DNA of 64,000 bases, taken from NCBI GenBank assembly GCA_904063045.1, contig CAJFCJ010000018.1:930429-994428 (forward strand), read 5' to 3'. Both the position numbers and the translations under genes were made by a program. The stretch is from Dimorphilus gyrociliatus (taxonomy: Eukaryota > Animalia > Annelida). The notes beneath the pieces were generated by a model. That model was not told the origin of the DNA. It did no database searches and was given only the letters and a program-made list of their open reading frames with translations. Below, in pieces: positions 1 to 13,294 of the stretch; positions within the stretch are counted from its first letter, which is position 1; every line of letters starts with the position of its first letter.

Positions 1-301
1 TTTGCAAATTGTAGAAGTGTTTTTTTTTGTATACTTTGAAGTTTGAGATCGAAGTTAACAATGTTTTTAATAAATCATGAAGAATAAGAAATTAGAGTCT
101 CTTGTTTGTTTTGACTTCAGTTTTAGCCTGGATCGTGGTTTATATCTTTAGCTCCAGCAGGCAAAAATACGAATAATAAGAACCTGATTATTTCTGCTTC
201 GTTTAGGTTCTTTATATTCGTATTCTGAATGGGACTTTTTAAAGTTAAATTAGGTTGGAATGTATTTTTAAAATTGTCAAAACTAGATTCGACGTTATAG
301 A

Positions 302-1266
302 ATGAATGGTATGTAAAGTATTATATTGCAACTTATCATCTGTATGGATAAAATTTGATATCAATCATGTTTTTTTAAATAAATACTTTTTACGATCATT
401 TTGAATTTTTGTTTTTTTTAATATTTTTTAGGGGAAACTTTACAAAGAACTCCACTAAATTTTAACGATTTTACTGAAAATATATTGGAAGTATTGGAAG
501 TAATTGTTCACAGTTTGCTCTATACAACAGGAATTTATCCCGATGGCACGTTTAGGGAAAGTAGCAAGTATCTGATACCTATTCCGGTTAGTTATTTTCT
601 CATCTTTTTTCTCTTTAAAGGTTCATTTGTTTAATTTAAATTTGTTGTAGATTTGCAAGGAAAGGCTTGTGTTTTCGTATATTCACAATGCTGTGCTTTC
701 TTTAAAGTCGTTATTGAAAGAGCAGTCCATTAGCACCTTTAACTTATTGATAACAGATGGAAATGCTAAAACGGTTTGTCAATTTGTCATAGAATTCAAT
801 TTTGGGAATAATTTCATTCAAAATTTAAGGTGAGCAGTTGTCAATAGGCCTAAATTTAATACTAAAAATAATTTAAATTATTCTTATTAGTGATAGTCAG
901 AAAGATGACCTAGTGGGAGCATTTCGTGCCTTGCTAAGTGTAATTAAATCGTGTAGCATTTTACAAAACATAAGATCACTGGAAAAGAAATCATGGCTAA
1001 TAGAAGTTATTGGGAAGAATTCTGATTTAAAAATAGTTACAAATAATTCAGATTTGATGAATTGGAAGAAGACTAATATGAATTCGTTATCAACCGACTT
1101 TTCAATTATACCATTGAAATCAATATGGTGTGATACTTTTTCAGTAAGTATAATATGCAAATTTTTCAATATATGGATATATACAGTATATATATATATA
1201 TATACATATTATACTATTATTCAAATAAAATAGATGCAGTGCTTTCTAAAGGAACGTAATTCTTAG
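302..1266 (+). CDS. MAD2L2: HORMA-domain protein MAD2L2/REV7 (exons 302-308, 432-586, 651-829, 891-1143, 1234-1266)
   Basis: Spliced translation MNGETLQRTPLNFNDFTENILEVLEVIVHSLLYTTGIYPDGTFRESSKYLIPIP-ICKERLVFSYIHNAVLSLKSLL...AFRALL...FSIIPLKSIWCDTFS-MQCFLKERNS* follows the REV7 pattern (EFLEVAVHLILYVREVYP...KYNVPV; RAFILK; IPLKTM..LKMQLYVEER). All introns are GT-AG and phases match. Confidence 0.85.
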
Positions 1267-2043
1267 CATACAACTAAAAAAGAAACTTGTCCCCTCACTA
1301 TTATCATCTTTTATTACTACTGATTACATATTCTTTGAAAATATCATTCAAACTATTTTATTCGTTTATCTATTAATATATAAATATTTTTAATACTCAT
1401 TTATGTTTTAAAAGCATTGTTTTCATATTAAAATAATATAATAAAAATACTTTAAGTAAACAAGTAATTACAAGATTAATATCTATATTATTATGCAAAA
1501 TAGAAATATGATTAATTGATATTATACAAATATTAAAATGAAGGAAGTTCAATATATGAATAGATGACTCAATCAACCGTAAAATAATCTATATTCTTTG
1601 ATATAATTGATCAATAGTTTGATATATTTATATATAAATATGCAATACATGTTATAACAGTTTTATAGATTATAAATAGACGAATAGTAGTTTTTTAAAT
1701 CGATCAATTTTTAACATTCCCTTATATTAAAGGTGGAAAAACCTACGCTAATTTACCCTACAATAAGTTAATTTGTACCTACAGTTCTATTTTTAGGTTT
1801 TACAAATGATTTAGTCGTAACCTTAGATAATCATTTGTTTGTATCAATAGGGGAAAGTAAAACTAAAACTGTCACCTGTAAACAATCTCAGGTAACCATT
1901 GTTTCGCTATAGACTAATAGTTTTTATGGGCTACTAGCGCCACCTATTTTTCGTCTGCTTGCTTACTCATGTTATCTCCCCTTTTAAATCATTTCACGAA
2001 TTGAATAAGATGTTAGAATTCTGTAGAAAAGCTGTTTAGAGGA

Positions 2044-4891
2044 ATGGAAAAGAGTTTAGAGGATATACTTTATGCTTTTAACGCGCCTTTGAGCGAAGAA
2101 CAGGCCTGGGCGGTTTGCCACCAGTGTCTAATTTATCTAATTAAGGTAGACAAGAGTTACCGACGTTTTCGGGGATTAAATTCTGTTATCATTGGTCCAA
2201 ATGGCAATGTTGTCAGAATTAAAGGAGACGAGGATGGTAGTGAGAAAGAGGTATAATATCCGTTTTCTCCAGTTATTCAAACTTTGAACCACTCACTATA
2301 ACTGTAATAAATGCCTATATCTATTGACTTTCAAAAGGTTACGAAATGTCTTGGAGCTTTGGTCTACCAAACAATTGATTGGGGTCTTAGCGAAGAGGAA
2401 TCTAACGAAATTAGTCCAGAATTAACTTTTTTAATAGAGGAATTGATTAGGGGAGATGATAGTTTCGAAAAGGATGAAGGAATAGATACAGAAGAATCAC
2501 CTTCCTATTTTTCGTTATCATCAGCATTAAAGGTAAAGTAATGTTTAGTAGCTGTTCTTAATAAACGAAATATTTATTATATAGATTTGTAAGGAGAGAC
2601 ATGTAGAAGAACATTATAAAGCTGTATGTAGAGCGATCATAACAGAAGCAAACGAATTATCTGAGTTTTTAGATAAGATCTCAAACGAATCCGTTGATGA
2701 ACTCAATAGAACTGATTGGGCCAAATTATGGATTCAATTAATGAAAGAGCTAAGAATGGGAGTCAAGTTAAAAAGTATTGAGATTGAGAAACAAAGGAAC
2801 TGTCATTACGAGCTTACACCATATGAAATTTTAATGGCTGATATCCGAGACAAACGATATCATCTAAACAAAATTATGGTAAAATTTAAATATCCAACTG
2901 ACAAATTTTTGTTAAATATCCCAGCACGTATTTTTCTATTGTACTCAATATTTGTAATGCTTATGTACAGGTGAACGGCGATATTCCGCAACACGCATCT
3001 AAAACCGATGCCAGGTCCGTGATTATGGATTTTATTAGATCTAGGCCTCCTTTAAAGCCAGCTGGCGAGAGAGTTCTAAAACCAAAAAAATCTCCAAAGT
3101 TACTGGTTCGAGAGGAATTAATGCAACAGATAAAAAGAGGAGTATCTCTAAAGACCACTCCATGTTGGTATTTGTAAATTATTTGTACAATTGAAACTAA
3201 ATCATAATCATTTTCAGCCTCTAAGTTAGCCATTGTAGCGAAGAAGAATCTAAAGAAAATTGAACCAATTGACTTTGTTGATTTTGAAGATTGGGAATCG
3301 GAAGATGATTTAGATGAAAATGATTTAGTCGAGGAGAGAGATTGTCAAACTCCAACTATGGATACAGATAAATATAATATCGAAGAGGAAATTGAAAAGA
3401 AATTAACAACTTTAAGACCAAAGAGGAAATTGGATGAGGAAGAGAATTCCAGACCAAATTCCCTAAATTTGGAAGATAAAAGAATTGAAAAAGAATGTGC
3501 TGGAAAGGACTATGATGAAAAGGAAAATGTTGAAAATTGTCCTTTAGCGGATAATGAGAAGAATAACAATGATTTCAGGGAAGAAACACCTAAAAATAAC
3601 AAAATTAAATTAATAGTTAGTGATGATTTATTACAACCATTGACTCCTTTATCACCCAATGGAGGTAAGAATGCTTAATAAATTAAGCCAATAGTATTAT
3701 ATAATATATTTTTAGGGAATATTTCAGAGTCTGAAAGAACTTGCCGAAAGAGAGAACTCAGGAAAAGACATTCCCTAACAGCTATAAATTTTACCCCAAA
3801 ATTCAGTGTTAGTTGGTTATTAAAATTGATAAAAAGAAAGCTTTAAACAATAGTTCTATATATAAAGTATATACTGTATATATACAGTATATATATATTG
3901 ATATATTTCTACAAATTAATATTTCGTACAAAACTAACTTCTCTACTGGCTTTGTATGAAAAAATCGTATAAATTCGTATTTACTAAAAAGAATTTAACA
4001 TATAGGCAAACATATGTAACGCTTTTATTCCTCAGGTTAATAATATTGATTGCTTATCGTTAACGCTCGATGAACTATCTCATATTCGTCATACCCTCAC
4101 CAAAGCCGAGTTGGAATATTGTATTTCTAATAATAAACTCTACGATTTACTAAGAAAAGGACAAATCTGTTTTATTTGTAAGAAGACTAAATTTTCTTTC
4201 TTTGGCGATCGGTCAACAAAATGTAAAATCTGCTGTCGTTTAATATGCAACAAATGCTTAAAGCAGGTAAATTAAATATCTAGCTTTATCTTTTTATATA
4301 AAGTAGTATAACAATCTACAAATAGGTTATGGATTAAAACGCAAAGAGCTTTACTAGAGGCATATAGCGCTTCTCTTTTAAAACTGATTTCAAATCTCAT
4401 TCATAGTAGTAAGATATTAGCTTAAACTCTCAAAATTTTATAGGTTAATCTCCCGCTGGAGCACTTTAGTCGTATTCCCGCCTACACTTTGGGCCCTTCT
4501 TCCAGTCTCAGGTATCCAGTAGAGAATCAGTAAGTTTTAAAAAGTTTAACTGATGTTTTTCAATAATTAACATCGGAATATTTTTCCTACTTATAAAAGT
4601 TATGGATCAGCTCCAAATTCACCAGAACGAGGTCGCAAATTACCTTTTGTGACAGATTTACTTAATCATATTTCCGCAAAGGTAATACATTATATGTGAA
4701 ATTCTTAATTATCGATTTAATGTAATTAAAAATTTCTTTACCAGCGTTCTAAAGTACCAATTTGCATAGACTGCAAAGACTTAGTTTTTCAAATTGTAAA
4801 AGCCAGCAGAAACACTCTCTACACAATAGGAAATTCTTCATCCGTCCCTTTCGCAGACCATCATGACGGTGACTTAATTGGAACTATCTAA
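2044..4891 (+). CDS. spir: Spire actin nucleator (KIND, four WH2, FYVE-like zinc finger)
   Basis: KIND start SLEDILYAFNAPLSEEQAWAVCHQC. WH2 repeats WIQLMKELRMGVKLK, LTPYEILMADIR, IMDFIRSRPPLKP and EELMQQIKRGVSLK. C-terminal CFICKKTKFSFFG...CKICCRLICNKC and PICIDCKDLVFQIV. Multi-exon. Confidence 0.93.
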
Positions 4892-5253
4892 AGTATCTAT
4901 TTACATAGAATGTTTTTACTCTATTTTTTTAAAAAAAGTATTTTACTATGAAAGCAAGTGTTTTTTAACGGATTTAGATCATTTAAGTATTATTGCTCAA
5001 TTTTGTGAGATTCATGGCAAAGATATGTAATTACTTTGATTTAGAATTATCATAATAATTTGATATTACTTTAATATTGGGACATAATAAAATAATATAC
5101 AAAGTATATTTCCTTCAAATTATTGTATGTTTTGTTAACAATTATTGAAAATATCTAGTCTATTATTAAATCAACGTCATAAAAATGGCGCTATGTCACC
5201 ACGGCGATTCCCTAACCTGAGTAAATAGACTTTAGGCAATTTATGACTTAACC

Positions 5254-6123
5254 ATGACAGAGAATGAAGACGAATATACGAGTCGTTTAGTAAAGTTGGT
5301 TTTAATAGGAGACGGAACCTCTGGAAAGGTTTTGAGAGTTATCTAGTTATTTCCTGCAGTTTGCTAATTCAAAAATTTCGCGTAGACTTCTTTAGCTTAT
5401 CGGTACGTTAACGATACATTCAGCAAACCTTACTCGCAAACACTAGGAATTGATTGTTTATTAAAGAGAACAATTTTATCAAGTAATGTTCACGTTACTG
5501 CACAAATATGGCATATTGGAGGCCAAAGTATTGGAGGAGGGATGCTTGATAAATACCTTTACAACGCCGATGGTGTAATTTTAGTATATGACGTTACCAA
5601 TTTGGAAAGTTTTGAAAATTTAATGGATTGGAAAGAGCAAGTTCTTCAACTTATAAGATTACGTAGCGATGCAAAATTTCCTCACTTTGTTCTTGTGGGT
5701 AACAAAAGTAAGGATTTGATATTCCATAAGAAGTTTATTAAGCTAAGTTTTAACTATTTTTAATTTAGTCGATCTCGAACATTTAAGGGTTGTTCGAGGG
5801 CAGCGACAAGAAGCGTTTGCAAAGAAACAAGGCATGAGTTCATATTTTGTTTCGGCTAAAACAGGAGAGGGCGTAAGTTGGTATTTTACCGCGAATGATC
5901 TGTCTATAAAATATTTTATTGTTTAAAGGTTACGATGTGTTTTAAGAAAGTTATTGCTGATATTTTAGGCATTAAATTGACGGTAAAAGATCATGATTAT
6001 CAATATACTATAGTTAAAGCAGAAATTGTCAAAGAAAAGAAAAAATGCACAGAAAATTCAACAGTTCAATCAGTTGCAAGACCAAAATCTCCAGAGAAAA
6101 GCTCGTTTTGTGTTGTTCAATAA
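5254..6123 (+). CDS. RAB28: Rab28 small GTPase
   Basis: LVLIGDGTSGK-TS, IGGQSIGGGMLDKYLYNADGV (Rab28 signature GGQTIGGKMLDKYIYGA), NKID, VSAKTG and C-terminal CaaX CVVQ. The G3 motif reads WHIGG instead of WDIGG. Confidence 0.92.
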
Positions 6124-6601
6124 GTTGTTTTATCCTATATTAGAAAGGGTAGACTTAACCTTGCTAGACTACACTTCAGGCAGATTATAGACTTATTTCT
6201 CCAATGATTTTATATATTCCTTATATTGAATAAAGTTAAGTTTTAGTAATCGTTTTATTACTCTATTTTACAAATATTTATTGAGTCTTCAATAAACTTA
6301 CAAGAGATATTTGTTATAAATAAATATAAACACTCTTTTCCCGCCTTCTAAATCTTTCAAAGAGATGGAACCGTATTCCAGTGCGAATTTTATCTAAATT
6401 TTTAAGATCAGAATATTTGCAGCAAATCATTGTTGCAAAGAACGCAGAAATTTTCGCAGGGTTTCTATGACGGATCCATTTTGCTGAATGCTTATTGAAA
6501 TAAACCGGTGACAGCAAGTGATTGAATATTATGTAAGTTTCCTGTAAGATTTTAACACCTTACAAATCGCTGGAATATTCAATTTGAAATATTTAGGCAA
6601 A

Positions 6602-9600
6602 ATGTCTTCGCCTGCCAAATCTCATTATCAGCCGGCACACGATGGACAATTTTCGTTTAAAGATTTATGTGATAGAATGTTAAGAATGAAAGTTGATCAA
6701 AATGTTTCTACCTATCATTTACATGAGATATTTAACGAAATACTATCTATGAATTATAAAAGTTTTACATTTCAACGTGTAAATGTAAGTGGATTTTTAT
6801 TAATACTTTGTTTTGCTATTTCTTTATATCTATATATCACCTTAAATACGGCTATCAGGTTAGATATATGAAATGACTATTTGTTAACAAACAAGTAATT
6901 TATTTTCAGACCTTAACAAGTTTCATTAACAATGGCATAAAACTAGTGAAACTTAATGAACATCACTTAGTTAATAAGTTTTGCGAAGCTATTTATAAAG
7001 TAGGATGGGATTTGGACGAGGTAACACTTTCTGTCAATATTTTTGGAATAAAAGAATACTCAATTTTTTCCTCTAATTGCTATTTATAGGTGAAACTTGT
7101 AGATTTACAAATTGACCAAGTTATTAATTGGTTTCTAAATGCTATTGAACAATCTCCAAGATGGGTTACAGGAAAAATATTATTTAGTTTTTCTGTAATC
7201 CTAAATAAACAATGTTACGACGCCTCACCAAAAATTTGTGCTGCTTTAATCTCTGAATATGGCTTCCTCACAACTTTTTTGTCGATGACCAAAGATATTG
7301 AAATGGCAACCGGTGTGGCTGCGTGTCTGAAATCTTTCTTTAGATTTGATGCAGATATGCAGGAAGATATGAATATTGACTGCAGAACTATACGTTATGT
7401 ATTTGCTAAACTTTTACATTGTTTAGCTATTGAGATACCTCGGATGACTTCAGATCAACTAAAGCATCTCCGAATGGTCACATATACTTTACATCTACTT
7501 CAAAGTTTGTACAAATTGGGATACTTTTGGCATAAAGAAGAAGTTTGTCAAATACTTAGAGTGAGAATATATTTATTTATATTTGAAGCTTATAGTAATT
7601 TTATATTATTGTAGAGATTTTGCGTCCTTAACCCATCTGTGGACTTTAAATATATAGATATCCGAGCCACTATAGACAAATTATATTCTTTGAACGATGA
7701 AAATTACGTAAAATTACAATCAGTGAGGGCTAAGCGTAGCAAATCTGGTAAAAAGAAGAAAAAACCCGAAACAACTCAATTAAAAGCATATAACGTCCAA
7801 TCAAAAATTAACTGGAATAAATTTTCATACGAGTTTAAGTGAGTTTTATATGAAATTGCATCATTTTTCAAGTATAATATATATATATATATACTGTATA
7901 TGTCTTTGTTTTTTAATTACAAAAGATTTCTTTCAAACGAAGAGGAACAAGTGATAAGTGAAGATGCCATGAGAATCATAAATATACCTATTCCGTCGAA
8001 ATGTGAATCTGTACACGATGAAGTTAGAATCCTAGCATTGAAAACTTTACCAGTTGCTCTCTCCTATTTGGACTTGTCTGAATCTTTTGATTTGGCAGTT
8101 TCAATGCTTAGTTTAAATCAAAAGTTTAAGCAGCAAAAAAGTATCCTTGTCTTCTGTTTTGAAGCAACTGATTTACATAGCAGAGTTAGAACGGAAGCAA
8201 TTGAATTTATAACGGCCGTTATTAGGAAATGTAAAGATATATTATCCAATATACACGATAATGTACTGAAACCCCTTACAATAACCTGTTCTTCAATGGC
8301 ACCTAAGGCTTTTGAATTGTTCATAAATATTCATCAGCTTTTAACATACATCATAGCAACAGAAACCAACTGCAATGTTGTAACAGAAGCGTTAAAAAGT
8401 TTTGAAACTCTATTAGAGATTGTACCATATTCAAGAGTTCGTCCAAAGTTATTTTATGATATAATCCAAATGGCTATGCATTGCCTGAATTGTAATGATA
8501 TCACTCTAAGAATCGGTGCTTATAAAGTAATAGCAGCTTGTCTAAGCGTTGGCCGAGACAGTAATGGAATAAATAAGCATGTTGCTTTCGTTCTCCTGTC
8601 GAAAGCTTCTATGCTGTTCAAAGGATCTGTTAAGCCACTTTGTATTGTTGAGCCTACTGTTAACAAAGGTGGAGCATTATTGATGGTTGATGTTCACGAT
8701 AGTAGAGAGGATGTAGAAGAGGATGTATTTCATCATGGAAAACTTTATGACTTTTTGATGCAAGGAGAAAGTGTAATTAATCAAAATGTTCTATACGAGA
8801 AAGTCAAACTTGGAAATTGCTGGTTGTTATCTTTAGTATTTCGTATTCTATCTGCAAAATTGTTCGATCTTCAAGATGTTGCATATACTACGGTTGAGGG
8901 TTTCCATGGTTTAGTCGAAAATGAAGAATGGGTGTACAAAGGAAAAAGATTAGTTTCAGTTGTTGAAGTTATAGAAGTAATAAGCATATTAAGATGCTTG
9001 TTCCGCCATGCATTTGTAGTTCTTGTTCCATACATTGGAGCAATTCACAAATATACTCTTCGACTTTGTTCTCATCAGGTCATCAGAAGTCTATACAAAT
9101 GTTCAATTGATAGTTATACTTTTTTGTTTTACAGGACGATTCTTTACGATGTCATGGTCTAAAACTTTGGACGGAGTTTGTAACTGCTGAAAGTGTTTTA
9201 AACGCGGAAGAAAGCTTATTACCAAAATCTCTAGTCTACATAATGTGGTCTGAAATGATCGAAAAATGCCTTCTGACATGTATAGCAGCTCAACAATCTT
9301 CCGTTGTGACAGCCTCAGCCAATGCTCTTTCCCAAATATCTCAATCTGTGTTTGATCTATTTCGATCGGAAAAAGGTCCAATTCTTTATTCCATTGTTAC
9401 ATCTGCTGCAAATTCCATTCTGACGTCGAAATCAATTGATGACAATTGCACAGCGGCAGTTTTCAAAACAGCAGGAACTTTTGCAAAATTTCAATGTACA
9501 AGACAAGAATATGGTTTTATAGATGATGTTGTTCGCTTAGTTGCGAATATTGTGGGTCGTCATTCGAAGAAGAACGACGAATTAAAAATGGTTATGCAGC

Positions 9601-10701
9601 GTTGCGCATGGTTATTATCAAATGTTCTTGGTCAAATATCTTCAACGCCATATAAAGATGTAGCTGTTGAATTTGAATCATCTTTCTTTTCTCGTGTATT
9701 GAGTATCGTTATTGTAATGTGTTCATCAGTTGACGAAAAGGTTTGCTCGAATGCTGCTAGAAGTCTGTCTTATTTTATTAAGTTAATACCGCAAAATTGG
9801 CACAACGAAAAAGTAGGAAACAGATATTTATATATTAATATTTGTTGTTAAATGAATAATTGTATTTTCTCTTTATTGATAGAAAGTGGACGAAGTGAAT
9901 GATCTCTTTGGCAAAGGGATGGAAAAAGTTAATAGGGAAGAGAATCTACGCCAAGCGGTAAACTATCTCATAAGTTTCTCGAAGAAGAAGGCTTTAAAGA
10001 TTGTTTGGAATGCTACGTTGGCTCTCGGATTAGTTTTAAAATATTCTCCTTTACCGTTAGGTGCTCTAAAAAATGAGATAATCGTACAACTAGTGAAGTT
10101 AGTTGCGTGTCATACAAACTATAAGGTTCGAATGCATGCTTGCTCAGCCTTAAGGTATATACCATCAATAGAATATATGGAGGAGATTTTCAACGAAGTC
10201 GTCCTCAAGGCTTTTGAGGGAGTGGAGATTTTAGCTGCTGAAGCGCCGTATGAAAAGTATTCGGATCACTTGAAAACAGAATTGACTCGTACCATTTTAC
10301 ATTTCCTTGCTTTATGCTCCATGAAAGAATTAGTGTCTCTATTTGATAAATTAGATGAGAATAGATTAGAGTTAATGAGAAACTTTCTTGCTCCTCGATG
10401 GGCTGAGTTTAGAAAAGATTTAGTAATCTTTAAAATTAGAACGGGATCAAAAGCTATCGAAACCGAAGCTGAAGTAAAACATTATCAAAATGCTATTAAA
10501 GTCCCCGAAGCTACTGAAGAATGGCAAACTACCGAAGGTAAAATAGAATTAAGAGTCGAAGACACTTTGGCTGACCTACACGGAGCCGGCATGGAAAAAT
10601 TAAGTAATGAGCCACCTACTACAAGAATTTTATATGAACTGTTCTATCATTCTGTTTTGAAAAAAGTTGTAACCAGTCAATTCATGCCAATTTATGATTA
10701 A
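6602..10701 (+). CDS. HEATR6: HEAT repeat-containing protein 6-like
   Basis: Long HEAT-repeat ORFs 7090-7614, 7900-9162, 9243-9851 and 9886-10701 joined by short introns. Motifs SANALSQI, KIVWNATLALG and NYKVRMHACSAL match the HEATR6 C-terminus (KVRWNACYA, NFKVRIRSAAAL). Confidence 0.75.
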
Positions 10702-11074
10702 TGGGCTACAATGACTATGTATTTTGTATCTTTCTATCATTAAATTAGTCAGATATCTATTAAAAGAAACAAAAAATATAACAACTAGATCATTAAAGCG
10801 GTAGTGGTCATATCTATAAAAGGTTTATTATCTCACTTAAAGATAGACTTAGTTTCCAAAATTAACTTTTTGTTGTTAACGCCATCTGTCTATCTCCATA
10901 AACCGGATATCGTTTGACCCCATCTTCCGGCTTACCGGTGAAGCGCACGTAAGAAAGTCAGAATGTCGTCAGTTTAAGTTGGTTGAAGCGTGAAATAACT
11001 CTGAGAAAAAATTATTATTATTAGCTAATCAGGCCATTCGAGGATAGTAACTCAGACGACAAGCTGATAAAAAG

Positions 11075-13255
11075 ATGTCTGTTCTTATTCTAGGCGGTAT
11101 GAAGATTTCTTAATATTTATATATTTTACTGACATAATATGTTGGCTATGGTATTTTTACATATATATTTCTGTGAATACATGAATAGGAACAGGATTCA
11201 TTGGAAGGAATTTGGTTCAATATCTCGTTGAGAATAATCTAGCTCATGAGGTAAGAAATAGTTTAAAGAAGAAAATTGACTATGAGTTTTTAAATTATGA
11301 TCACGTGATCAAGAATTTAATTACCCTTTTATAATGTATATATAAAAAAGGCGACTATTAACAAGAGAGTACTATAAATTTTTGTTAAATGCTTTAAATT
11401 AGTCGGTCAAAATCAGTTCTGCAGTGTCAGTGAACACCTGAGCAAATTTAATTTAAGAAGCGTTTTTTAAAAGAAGGCTTATAGGCTTAAAATCGTAAAC
11501 AATTTCCTTGTGTTAGTTTACACTAGGCAGTTGTCACAGTTTATGGACTTTAAATACATAAATTACATTGTTAATTAGCAATATATATTGTATATATTAG
11601 TATATATATATATATATATATATTAAATCAATTGATAAATGAAGGAGAAATCATAAAAAAGAAACTTTTTCTATTGGATATTAAGTTATTAGATTTGTCA
11701 TAATACTTACTATTTTAAATGACTGCTAAAGATCATTATTAAAAAGTCATAAAAATATCAATTAGATTAAACTAAAAAGAGGAAATAGATTTTAGTGATA
11801 AAACATTTTTTTTTTATTTATTTTTGAAAAAATTAGGCAATTAATTAATATAAATAAAAAAACTCGATAACATAGATTGGAGTCGTTGATAAAACCCCAC
11901 CGCAAATGGCTTATCTATGCAAAAGATCAGCAGAAGCTTTTCGAGATGATCGTGTACATTTTAGCCACGCTAATTTAATTAATCCAGGTAAAATAATCAG
12001 ATTATTTTATTAAATTGTTTATTATTAAAAACAATTCAATATTAAACGTTTATTCGTTTTTAATTCATTTTTACTCTGGCTTTAGCGTCCGTTCAAAAAG
12101 CTTTCGATACCTGTCGAAAAGGAAATTACGAATATGTTGTTAATTGTGCGGCTGAAACCAAACACGGACATAATGATGCTGTATGACTTTCTTTCTTTAT
12201 TTTTAATTAATTATGTTAATTAACACTGTTCATATCTAAATATTACTTTTAGGTGTATAAAGAAGGAATATATAAATTAAGCTTAAACTGTTCAAAAGAA
12301 TCTGCTAAAAGAAATGTTAAAAAATATATCGAATTATCAACTTGCAGAATATTTGATAGTGAGGTACGTATAAGAATTTCTCTCTCTCTTCCTCTCATTC
12401 TCATTGAGTTTTACAGATAAGAAATTCTATAACTATCTTTTATTGATAATGATTACTTAAAAAAAATTCTTTTTTTTTTTTGTACTACTATCTTGCTTAC
12501 TTAGATATTTTATCAATGAAAAACAATATAGTTTATTTCTATAAATAAACCCTGCATATATTAATTATCTAGAGCAGTTTATTAACAACAATATTATATT
12601 TACGATATATCGTATTTAAATTGCACTAATTATTAATCCTTGTTTTGTTTTATTTTTCCTTATAGAAACCTTGCAACGAAACCCACAAAGCAGATTTTCC
12701 TTGGACTGAGCGTGACAAACAAGTAATTTAAATAATTTAATTTAAAATAAAAGGAAGAGAAATTTCTATTAAATTTATAAGCTTTAATTGTATTCATATA
12801 GAATTTATGTATATATCTAATATATAGGTTTATGTTTACTATTTATTTCTTTAGAAACTACTGGCTGAAAGTAAAATAAAAGAAACGCCAGAATTAAATT
12901 GGATTATACTACGTTTGGTAAATGTCTACGGTCCAGGAGATATTTGTAGCTTTTGTAAGAATAAATAGAAATATATTTTGTTCTTTTATTTAAGGTTTAT
13001 ATTTACATATACAAATATAATACGTGTTTTTATTTTAGTACCGAAAATACTTGCTGGTGCAGTATATAAGTACTTAGAAAGAAAAATGCAGGTATAATTA
13101 TATGTATTAAAATTTATATACTAATACAAATATTATCGGCCTTGGGTGAATTCAGGTAATAAAAATACATGTAACGCCTAGTTAAAATGGCTCTTACCCT
13201 GGATTAGGTGTAATTTTTAATTTCCTAGGCAGAATACCTAAGTTCTTTGTTTATA

Positions 13256-13294
<39 letters not shown>

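Noticed and set aside
8142-8182. GTATCCTT as a U12-type intron donor in HEATR6
   Set aside because: The segment is in frame and aligns as HEATR6 protein. The putative intron would be only about 40 nt with no U12 branch site.
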